DNA of 64,000 nucleotides from the NCBI RefSeq assembly GCF_964194155.1, contig NC_135880.1, positions 148,242,001 through 148,306,000 on the forward strand, given 5' to 3'. Below, in pieces: positions 50,860 through 61,869 of the stretch. Position 1 is the first letter of the stretch. Every line of letters begins with the position of its first letter. A program made the position numbers and the translations under genes. Origin of the DNA: Cetorhinus maximus (taxonomy: Eukaryota). A model generated the notes under the pieces. The model was not told where the DNA came from, made no database searches, and saw nothing but the letters and a program-made list of their open reading frames with translations.

Positions 50860-51150
50860 ACACAGCAAGTTCCCTCAAGCAGTAATGAGACGAATAACCA
50901 ATTGAACTACTTTAGCTATTTTGATTGAGGAACACATATTGTTTAGGGTACCACAAGAACTTTCGTGTTCTTCTTGGATGTCCACCTGGGAGCACAGCCT
51001 TGGCTTAATGTCTCATCTGAAAGATGGCATCTCTGACAGTGAAGTACTCTTTCAGTACTGGACTGAAGTGTCAGTTTAGATTATGTGCTCAAGTGTCTGG
51101 AGTGGAATTTGAACCTTAAAGTGAGAGTGCAACACTAAACCAAGGCTGAC
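50860..51150 (-). mobile_element. Partial Deu-domain SINE
   Basis: Colinear with 3880-4196. Confidence 0.65.
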
Positions 51151-51789
51151 AGCAATGATATTGATTTTTTTTTCTGGATAGCTTAGAGCTATTCAGACAT
51201 CAATATATTATTAAAATTTAAAAAATGCTGCTATTATGTTTGAGGAAAAATCTACATGCATGAGAGAAAGATATTTATACAGTAGAAGGTTATTTATGCT
51301 TCATTCAGAATTTGCTGAAATAACTCATGAGAGCTATAGTCAAATTTCTCATTCAGAGTAAATTGACATTTAAACCGCTGACCTAAAGCTATAAAACTTA
51401 ATAGTTATAGAACTTTTGTTCTTTGCGCTGTAAAATATATTTATAGAATCGTAGAAATTACTTCACAGAGAGAGCTCATTTGGTCAATCAACCACAACAA
51501 CTTGCATTTATATAACACCTTTAAGATAAGCAAAGTCCTAAGCTGTTTCAAAATGGGTACCAACAAACAAAAATAGATGCCAAAACAAAGGAGATATGAG
51601 GAGAGGAGGTGGGTTTTAAAGAAGGTCTTGAAGAGGGAGAGGGAAGTGAAGAGGCAGGGAAGTCTAAGGATGGTTGAAGGCATGGCTGCCAATGGTAGAG
51701 TGAAGAGAATGGGGCTGCAGAAGCATCCAGAGTCAAAGGAAAAGGGAGTTTGTAGACAGTCATAATCTAAAACAGGTTTCAGAGATAAG

Positions 51790-52388
51790 GGGTAGAATTT
51801 AATGCCGGCAACAGGAATCTCACCTTGATTGGCTGGAGACCCCCATGTTGGCTCTTTTCAGGAAGCCCAATCACGTTAAGTGCCAATCAAGCACTTAACT
51901 GGGCAGCGGTGAGCCTTCCCTGGGATCAAGGATCCCAAGGGCAGAAGTTGCACATGCCAAGAGCTGTCGGCCAATCAGAGGTCAGCAGCTCGTCATTGCT
52001 CGGCAGCCCATAGGGAGGCAGTGGCTGCTGCCAGTCCTGTACGCAACCACAGCCCAGGGTTGCCCAGAGACCTAGGCACAGGTAAGTGATGATGTTTGGG
52101 CGGTCGCAGAGTGTGGGTTGCAGGGTAGGGTAAGGGAGGGGGTCAGCAGCAAAGGCTCTCAGTGACTATCCCCCAAACCCCACCCGGCTTCCCATTGCCA
52201 GTTCCCTCAATCGCTCACTGTGTGTCTCAATTGGTGGCAGAGCGAGAAGGCCGCCCAAGGGCCTTCTTGCCACGGACATAATCGGGGCAGAGGTGGGAAG
52301 GTGGTGGAGTTCCCACCCACAACCCTCCCGCCCAATTAAATGCCCTTCACTACCAAAATTACTCCGGGGTGGAAGTTAAATTCTGCCC
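51790..52388. mobile_element. Harbinger-family MITE
   Basis: GGGTAGAATTTAA...TTAAATTCTGCCC; TSD AAG. Confidence 0.85.
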
Positions 52389-53099
52389 AAGAAGGAGAAA
52401 CTCTACAAATGGATTTAACATAAGGAGGTGAATACTAATGAAGCATAGGACGATGGCAGCCAATGTAATGCCAGCAAGGAAAAGAATGATGGGTAAGTGG
52501 GACTTAGTGCAGAATAGGATATAGGCAGCAAAACTTTGAATGTGATGATTTTAAGGGTAGAGGATGACAGGCCAGCAAGCAGAGCATTGGAACATGCAGG
52601 TCTGGAAGCGATTAAAGTATGAATGGGAATTTCAGCAGCAACTGGGCTAAGGAAAATTATGGAGGTGGAAATGAGTGACCTTTCTGATGAGGAGGATATG
52701 AGGTTGGAATCTGAACCTAGAGAAGAGTGACATGCCACATTTGCCAACAGTCTGGTTAGCGTGAGACAGTGGTTGGGGAAGGGAATGAAATCAGCAGTGA
52801 AGAGACAGAGTTAGTGACTTCTGCTGAATATGAGGGCTTCAGTCTTCCTAATGTTTAACTAGTGGAAATTACACTTTATGTAAGCAGACAAACAGAGGTG
52901 GAGAACAGGTTGAGAGAGATAGGAGTGTAAATACATAAGAAGAGCAGTAGGCCTTTTAGTTCCTTAGCCCTGTTCTGCCATTCTATGAGATCATGGCTGA
53001 TCTGCACCAGAACTCTATATACATGCCTTTGGCCCATAGCACTTAATACCTTTGGCTAACAAAATCTATCAATCTCAGCTTTAAAATTAACAATTGATA

Positions 53100-54070
53100 T
53101 GGGGAGACAGTGGTGTAGTGGTAATTTCACTGGATAAGTAATCCAGAAGTTCGGCTTATGTTCTGGGAGCACAGGTCCAAATCCCACTATGGTAGCAGCT
53201 GGCATTTAAATTCAATTAATGAAATCTGGAATTGAAAGCTAGAGGAGGATTACCCCCTCGTCAGGTGGGCGTGGTGGGCAGGTCCGGGAGCGGCCGCAAA
53301 ATGGTCCACGATTGGGCCCCGACCGCGATTTCACGCTGGCTGGTTAAATAATGGCCAGCCAGTGTGAAACACATGTTGAGAGCTGCAGCACTGCCTGGGT
53401 AGGGGCGGGAGGAGCGCGAGTGCTGAAGTTTGCGCATGCGCAGGGGTGTGCTCATTGAAGGCTGCCTCAGGGAGCTGAAGGATTTAAAAATGAAATATAA
53501 AGATTTGAAAAATAAGAGTAACATGACCCCACATGTGACTCTGTCACATGAACAGGGACGTGTTGAAAATGAGTTTTAAAATGTTTAATTTTTTTTGTTA
53601 TTCACTGTTGGAAACCTCAGCCCACCCGTGGATAAGATTTCGCAAACAATGCAAAGGCCACCTGGCCTAGTTGCCCACGCAACTGTAAGGTTGGACGGGC
53701 AGTGGAAAATTCAACATAATTACCAGCTTAAGGGCCTTAATAAGCTTCTTAATTGTCAGCGGACGTGCTGCTGACTCTCGCTCAGGCCCGCTGGCTGAAA
53801 TATCGCGTGAGTGCACGATGACATCAGGGCGCCTGCCCAGCGTCATTGCGCGCTATTTCACACTCGGGCATGTCGGGCACGCGCCCGCACACTGAGCTGA
53901 AAATCCTGCCCCTAGTCTCAATAATAGTGACCATGAAACTATCAATGATTGCTGTAAAAACCCATCTGGTTCACTACTGTCCTTTAGGGAAGGAAATCTG
54001 CTGTCCTTACCTGGTCTGGCCTACATGTGACCCCAGACCACAGCAATGTGGTTGACTCTAAACTGCCCAA
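53100..54070 (+). mobile_element. tRNA-derived SINE split by a MITE
   Basis: A-box GTGGTGTAGTGG, B-box-like GGTCCAAATCCC; body resumes at 53912. Confidence 0.75.
53242..53911. mobile_element. Harbinger-family MITE (reverse orientation relative to 56740-57400)
   Basis: GAGGAGGATTAC...AAAATCCTGCCC; TSD CTA. Confidence 0.8.
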
Positions 54071-56739
54071 AGTTGGAGATGGTTAAGGAGGAAGAAAAGG
54101 GATAATGCACCCTGATCACAATCCCAGAATGTCATTTGGAATTTTGGTTAGAGCCATGTCAATGATGTGGCAGAAATAGAAATTTGATTGAAAAGATTCA
54201 AGCATGGAATTGCAGAAAAGATGGGCAGTGGTTGGAGAATAATTCAAGAACCTTGGAGTGAAAAGGGAGGTTGAACATTGGCAGTAGTTTGCAAAGGCAG
54301 AAGAATCAAAGGTGAGTGTTTTGAGGAAGGGGTGGATGACGACAGTTTTGAGAATGGGAATGAGTACCACAGATATGCAAACACTTACATTTTTAGCTAG
54401 CATGGTGGCCAGGAAGAAAAGTTTTGTGGTCAGTGCTTTTGTGGGAATAAGATCAAAGGAGCAGGGGTAAGTCTCATTGGCAAGGTAAGATCACAGAGGA
54501 CATAAGCAGGGACAGGAAAGAAACTGGAGAAAGGCACATGTTCAGGGTCAGGGAAAAGAGGAGCCTGGGGGGAGATTTGACTTGGTAGGTAAGCTGAAGG
54601 GAGGGAGGCAGCGGAAGCAACTGAACAGATGTTCTCAATCTTATTGGGAAAGAAGTTCATGAGTGCCTCACACTTGTTGTTGGGACAGAGAGTAGAGGAT
54701 AACAAGGGCAAGAGGTATAAGGTGATAGTTACTAGTAAAGAAAAGCAGCTAATGTTCTATTCCTACCCACCATGATCTTGGAATAGTAGGCTTTGGCAGA
54801 GGTGAGTGCAATCTGAAAGCAATTTATGTGCTTTAGCCAAATCTGGTGATGGAGCTCTCCACATTTGCTTAAGTATACATCCCTGGACTTGAGGAAGAAA
54901 AGGTTCTACAAGGGGGCTGCCTGGATTGGAAACAGTAAAGGTTTTGCTGGAAACAAAGGTGTATATGAGGGAGTGGTTAAGCAGATCAACAACTGCAGGA
55001 GTATTGTGGTTAATGGAGGGACAAAAGTTTGTACATATCTGTAAGTATTTTTGTGAAAAGTTTTTCTGAAAATGGGCATAGAAGGAAATGAGGCTGGAAG
55101 GGAGAGGAGGATGTGAGGGACATGTGAAAGTGGTCGGAGGTGACTATATCAGTGTTAGAAACCATAGGGCTGGAGAGACCACAGGATATGTCAAGATTAA
55201 ATGGTGGCCATCAGTCTGGGTAAAGAGTTTATATAAAGAGCAAGATTTAAGGAGATTGAGTGGTCATTGATTCCAGAGAATAGAGGACAAGGGAAGCTGG
55301 GATGAAAATTGAAATCACTAAGGATGAGGATTCACTCACTGTAGAGAGGGAGAAAAGGAGGAAGGTTATCTTGTTAAGAAATTCAGTGCAGGGTTTGGGG
55401 CATGGTAAACAACGGTGATTTGAAAAGTGTGGTCAGTGGGCTGGAACGAGATCAGGTGCTCAAAGGAAGAGAACATATCGACATGGTGGTATAGGTAGGG
55501 CACTTGACTGAAAGAACTGCTATGTGGGGAGGCATTCATAAAGGGAAAGGTTTGCCACCCTTCAACAAAGTTTCTGTCAATGCAATGATAGCAATTCATT
55601 CATCCACAATAAAGTCATAAATAGCAGGGGCCTTATCCATGAGTCACTGGGCATTCTGGAGGGAAATTTGAAGTAGCTAACATGTTGGTTTTAAAATTCA
55701 AAGAGACATTGGTAAGTGGAGTGATTGGAACAGGAAGGAGATTGGCAAAATTAGCCTAGCTGTGCTAGCTGGGAGGGTTGGTAAGAGAGCAGAATAGAAC
55801 TTTTGGATTTTCTGCTCATAAGAAGGCAGCAGTGGGAGCCTTGATGGGTCCTTTGGAAAATACAAAGACAGGCACAATGAATAACTATGCTGGTGTTAGT
55901 TCCACATCCAGAGTTGTCTAAGCTCATTTCCATGCTCTTTTTCCATATCTTTCAATATTATCCTTTATCAAAAATATATAGTAATTTCACTTTAATTGTT
56001 TTATTACCTTGATTTTAACAGTTATTTGTGGTTAAATATTCTGGCTGCAAAATTCAGTTGTGTAGTTCTATAGATGCTGTTTTGATTCCACATTGGCATC
56101 AGTGGCTTAACTGCACACATTTCTGGTACAGGTCATGCTAGATACCATCTTGGTGAAGAAATTAGCAGGTGGCAGTGAGGTTATACAGGAAATATGCAGA
56201 GTAGGCATATTGTGATGTCAATCAATGTGCAACACTGATTTGATGCTAGGGTTGTCCTCAACACTTCAGTTAATGCTTTCCTTTTTCTTAACCCCTTACA
56301 GGAGAAGCTGGAAGGAATTCACTTCCACCCCTGCAACCCCACCGTTCCAAGCAACACCATCTAAAACGAACATCAACTACTTTCATGTTTGCTGCTTATT
56401 GATTTCTACTGGCTGTTGCTGCGTTTGTAGAGGTGTTTGGAATTTTCAATCTTTTTAAAGAACGTGAAATCTCCAGCTGCTGAAGGGTTTGGTCCTGACT
56501 TCAGGGGTTCTGGACAAAACACTTGCTTCTGTTACAGACAGGGGAGGGAGGCAAAACTGAATTCCTTCCTTTTCTCGCTATCTGTCCGTAAGCAGAGGCT
56601 GTGGCATGTTTCCCCAAACCCTCTGTTTGTGAAGTCCGTTTTTAAAGAGACTCACATCAAACTCTCTTTAAAGTCAAAGCAGAAGTAACGCTTATTCACA
56701 CATTCAGACCCAGGTACTGGTCACAACCCCATACACACA

Positions 56740-57400
56740 GGGCAGAAATTTTCACTCGGTGGGCGGGTTAGCGCCCCACCCACTCAAGCATGAAACGACA
56801 TGTGTTGACATCGGCCAAGCATGCCGACGTCAATGCGCAGTTACATGATAGTTCAGTTGGCAGATGTGCGCTGGAGCTGGCAGCGTGCCCACCAACAATT
56901 AAAAGGCCTGTTAAGGCCATTAATTAATCAGTTAAATTAAATTTTTCGCTGCCCATCCAACCGAATGGTTGGCAAGCAGGCCAAAGGCAAATTGACCTTT
57001 GCATTTGTTTGGAAACCTCATCCACGGGTTGGATGAGGTTTCCAAAAGCAAGTAAAAATAAAATAAAAACTTAAATTTTCCATTAATAACATGTCCCTGC
57101 TCATGTGACAGAGGGGACATGTTTCATTACATTAAAAAAAAAATATCTCTTCATCTCCCTGAGGCAGCTCTGTCCCTCAGGGAGATTATGAAGAGTTCAC
57201 CTGTGAGTATGCACGCAGTTCACGCTCGGCCCGCTTGTCCTTCTTCCCTCCCCCGACCGCCCGCACAGGCAGCGCTCAATGCTGCTGCTCGCGTTTCACG
57301 CTGGGTGGGTCTTAATTGGCCCGCCAGCATGGAATCAGGCAGTGCCAATCGCCCCTGCATGCCCCCGCCGAGCACCCCCATCAAGGACAAAATTCTGCCC
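56740..57400. mobile_element. Harbinger-family MITE
   Basis: GGGCAGAAATTTT...AAAATTCTGCCC; TSD ACA. Confidence 0.85.
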
Positions 57401-57519
57401 ACAGGAGCACACAATAAGAAGAAAGGAAAGAGGAGCTTTTATAACTATGAATAAATGATAGAAGAAGCACCACAGATGTGGGAATCAGTTCATGTGATTG
57501 CCAGAGTCCAGAAATTAGA

Positions 57520-59539
57520 AACAAAAACAAAAATACCTGGAAAAACTCAGCAGGTCTAACAGCGTCTGCGGAGAGGAGCACAGTTAATGTTTCGAGTCTG
57601 TATGACACTTCATCAGAACTAAGATATATAGAAATAAAGTGGAATATAAGCTGGTTGAGGGGGGTGGGACAGGTAGAGCTGGATGGAGGGCCAGTGATAG
57701 GTGGAGGCAAAGAAGAAATTGCCAAAGATGTCATAGACAAAAGGAAAAAGAGGTGTTGATGGTGGTGATATTAGCTGCAGAATGTGCTAATGATGACATT
57801 AAGGGTAGAAAGCAGGACGAGCAAGTGACAGATAGCCCTAGTATGGGTGGGGTGGGGGGAAGGGATCGAAATAGACTAAAAGGTAGAGATAAAACAATGG
57901 ATGGAAATACATTTAAAAATAATGGAAATAGGTGGGAAAGGAAAAATATATATTAAAAAAAATATATATAAAAAATTATACATTATTAGAAAAAGGGGGA
58001 TCGGGAGGGGGGTGAGGATGGAGGACAGACTTCACGATCTAAAGTTGCTGAACTCAATATTAAGTCCGGAAGGCTGTAAAGTGCCTAGTCGGAAGATGAG
58101 GTGCTGTTCCTCCAGTTTGCGTTGCGCTTCACTGGAACAATGCAGCAGTCCAAGCACGGACATGTGGGCATGAGAGCAGGGTGGTGTGTTGAAATGGCAA
58201 GCGACAGGGAGTTCTGGGTCATGTTTGTGGACAGACCGAAGGTGTTCCGCAAAGAGGTCACCCAGTCTGCGTTTGGTCTCTCCAATATAGAGGAGACCAC
58301 ATTGGGAGCAGCAAATGCGGTAGACTAGATTGAAATGCTGCTTCACTTGAAAGGAGTGTTTGGGCCCTTGGACAGTGAGGAGGGGGGAAGTAAACGGGCA
58401 GGTGTTGCACCTTCTGCGGTTGCATGGGAAGGTGCCATGGGAGGGGGTTGAGGTATAGGGGGTGATGGAGGAGTGGACCAGGGTGTCCCAGAGGGAACGA
58501 TCCCTGTGAAATGCTGCCAGGGGGGTGAAGGGAAGACGTGTTTGGTGGTGGCATCATGCTGGAGTTGGTGGAAAAGGTGGAGGATGATCCTTTGAATGCG
58601 GAGGCTGGTGGGGTGATAAGTGAGAACAAGGGAGACCCTATCATGGTTCTGGCAGGGAGAGAAAGGTGTGAGGGCGGATGCGCGGGAGATGGGCCGGACA
58701 AGGTTGAGGGACCTGTCGACCACCGTGGGTGGAAAACCTCGGTTACAGAAGAAGGAAGTCATGTCAGAGGAACTGTTTTTGAAAGTGGCATCATCAGAAC
58801 AGATGCGACGGAGGTGAAGGAACTGAGAGAATGGGATGGAGTCCTTACAGGAAGCGGGGTGTGAGGAGCTGTAGTTGAAGTAGCTGTGGGAGTCGGTAGG
58901 CTTGTAATGAATATTGGTGGACAGTCTATCACCAGAAATTGAAACTGAGAGGTCAAGGAAGGGAAGTGTCAGTGATGGACCATGTGAAAATGATGGAGGG
59001 GTGGAGATTGGAAGCAAAATTAATATATTTTTCCAGGTCCACACAAGAGCACGAAGCAGCACCAAAGCATTCATCGATGTACCGGAGAAAGAGTTGTGAG
59101 AGGGGCCTGAGTAGGACTGAAACAAGGAATGTTTCACACACTCCATAAAGAGGCAGGCATAACTGGGGCCCATGCGGGTACCCATAGCCACACCTTTTAT
59201 TTGGAGGAAGTGAGACGGATTTAAGGAGAAATTGTTCAGTGAGAGAACAAGTTCAGCCAGACGGAGGAGAGTAGTGGTGGATGGGGATTGTTCAGGCCTT
59301 GGTTCGAGGAAGAAGTGGAGAGCCATCAGACCATCCCAGTGGAGGATGGAGGTGTAGAGGGATTGGACATCCATGGTGAAGAGGAGGCGGTTGGGGCCAG
59401 GGAACTGGAAATTGTTGATATGATGTAGCGTGTCAGAGTAATCGTGAATGTAGGTGGGAAGAGACTGGACAAGGGGAGAGAGAATGGAGTCAAGATAGCA
59501 AAAAATGAGTTCCGTGGGGCAGGAACATGCTGACACGAT
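57520..59539 (-). mobile_element. 5'-truncated PLE (RT + GIY-YIG, frameshifted)
   Basis: FTMDVQSLYTSI, KGVAMGTRMGPSYA, FLRYIDE, YIGET; TSD CAGAAATTAGA at 57509-57519 and 59540-59550. Confidence 0.93.
57582..57620 (-). ncRNA. Minimal type I hammerhead ribozyme motif with canonical CUGAUGA core
   Basis: Minus strand AGTT CTGATGA AGTGTC ATAC AGACTC GAAAC ATT AACT; helix III has a G>A change. Confidence 0.65.
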
Positions 59540-59559
59540 CAGAAATTAGAGTCCGGTAA

Positions 59560-60550
59560 GGGTTCCGTCATGGAGGAGCTACAGTTCAGCTAGCTGAACC
59601 AGGATTTTACAGAACTCCTTTAAAGTTGATGGTGACGCAATGAGATGAGGTTGGCATACAGAGACTTGGTGTGCTCAGCAGGCGATGACAGGAATCTTCC
59701 AGAGAAACAGGGTTCGAGGAGGTTTAGACTTGATGCAGACTGTTGGTCAGCCTTGAGTCCTGCTTTGATGTTTGCAGGCTGGAGTTTAAATAGCAGATGG
59801 ATCTGTGAGGCTGAAAATATAATATTCAAATTTTCCAAAGGACAGAAGCTTAGGTCATTTGATGTTCCTCATTAATGAGTCAGTTGCAGGCTAACAAGCA
59901 GTTTCTATGCTTCTGGTCAAAATCCATTGTTCACTATAGGAGATAAATGGTGGCTTTTAGTACTTCTGCATGAATAATGAGTTTTGATGACTTCCCCTTT
60001 GTTATAGGACCAGGCTGGGGAGATGGATCGTCTATTGGTCCCTGGTTTTCTTGATCATAATGCGTCCTCACAATGAGAGGTGTGAGATCCCGCAAGGATA
60101 AGAGTTGAGTTTTTGTCTTGTAACTGCTGTCGAAAAATTCTGAGCAAAGTCCCTATATGATCCCTTTTGTCATTGTCCCTCTCATGGCTCAGCGACACTT
60201 CGCTGCTAGCAACATGTTGGAGAATAATTCACTGCAGGTCAGCATTGGGTATCGTTCAGTCGATTTAAGGTGACATCCAGCGTATCTAACCTCTTGCTCA
60301 AGACCTACAAATATTCACTTGATTGCCTCATTTGATACTCCATTCAGTTGGCCAGTCTTTCAATGCAAGATGGATGTAGTAAGAGAGATTTCATTGCTAT
60401 GGCCTATAACAGCATTCTACTCATGCTTGAGGCTGATTCTTTCTGCAGTCCTGGACAGTGTGCTTGGAACATCTTCAGTACATTGCACATTCTCTGCTGC
60501 TGCTCAATGATTATCCCTGTCATGGACAGCTTTCAAGATACAGCATTTGC
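59560..60550 (-). mobile_element. Very old non-LTR retrotransposon RT relic, clade undetermined
   Basis: Degenerate GF*P and LYANL (YADD-like) motifs in RT order. Confidence 0.35.
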
Positions 60551-61199
60551 ATTCAACTAAGGTAAAATCTGGAGAGGCCTGGGCCCTCTGGCATGGGCTG
60601 CTGCCCTACCTCCACCATCTCCTGTCAATCACTTGTGAAGCATGTATCACCAGGTGAAAACCTAACAATCTCTCTTACTACATCCATTAAAGTGTGAATA
60701 TCTGAGCTAATGCATGGTCTGCAAGTGCCCTGTGAAGGTGCATCCTTCGAGGGATTGAGCTGCTACATACGAACATACAAACATGCAAACTAGGAGCAAG
60801 AGTAGGCCATTCAGCCCTTCGAGCCTGTTCTGTCAATTAACAAGATTATGGCTGATTTGATTGTGGCCTCAATTCTACATTCTTGTCTGCCCTATATAAT
60901 CTTTGACTTCCTTGTCAATCAAGAATTGATCTAACTAGGCCTTAAAACTATTCAATGACCCTGCTCTGAGGAGTTGGTAGCGATGGCCTCAATCAGCTCC
61001 TGCTGGCTGTGTGCAGGCCTTTGGGAGATAAAGGATATGAAGTAATAGGCAGAGATTGGTGTACACTTGCAAGGTAAATGGGTGCAAGGAGCGATGCACT
61101 GAAGTAGGCTTGAGAAGCCAGAATAAGGGGACAGGGGGGATACACACATCAGGGTATAAGTAAATGTGCCACTGGTCTCACTTCTGCTTTGCTGCTTTG

Positions 61200-61425
61200 G
61201 TCATTAAACTACTTCCTGCATTAGATCCAAGATCATCAGACTACACATTTGCTGCTGACCTCTTCTGTCACCTCCAATCATGCCTGTTGGTTTTCCAAGC
61301 AGGCCTCTTCCTCCATTTCTAGGGAAGTGTATTTCTCTCCTATTCCTTACAGCCACCAGCAACATGTCCTGAGGGGTGTCCATGAAGTTGGGCACAACCT
61401 TTTCATGTCTCAACTCCACTGTAGC
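61200..61425 (-). pseudogene. Harbinger Myb/SANT exon-1 relic
   Basis: VVPNFMDTPQDMLLVAVRNRREIHFPRNG resembles other Myb first exons. Confidence 0.55.
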
Positions 61426-61869
61426 ATTCCAATTCTCTGACCGTCAACTCCAGCTAAATACTGGAGTTGCAAACACATCATATGGGTTTCAAGAGTCCAC
61501 TGCCGCTGGTCGGATGGCAGGATGCAACCAAACTGATTGGCTAGTTTAAAGCATCTGAGCTTTAGGGACAGATTGAAAGAATTTGTCAGTATTTACTTTT
61601 GAGAGGCAAAGGTTTAGTATTCAAAACTCATAAGTTAATATATAAATCGAGCATGTAATATATTTGAGAACAAACTCCAAAGTCAAAGGTTACCTCTCAA
61701 GTTTAGAAATGGGCAGGTGCAGGGGCCAGTTTGGATTTAGCAATAGACACATTGGATAGCCAATCTGTTAAACTGAGTGTGAAAGAATGCAATACAAGTG
61801 TGTAGTGTCGAAAACTTGAAGGGAGGACTGGATAGATATTTGAGCAAGTGAGCAACTAAAATTAGTTAT

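Larger units (their letters stand above)
51495..55800 (-). mobile_element. Fragmented L2-type LINE (51495-51789, 52389-52930, 54070-55800)
   Basis: LKTVVIHPFLKTLTFDSSAFANYC ~ FKxAVITPLLKKPTLDPxxLxNYRP; FFPNKIENI; endonuclease-like SSFEHL..VVYHAP; LFKTFFKTHL tail. Confidence 0.7.

Noticed and set aside
53100-53190. tRNA gene
   Set aside because: A/B boxes belong to a SINE head; no complete cloverleaf
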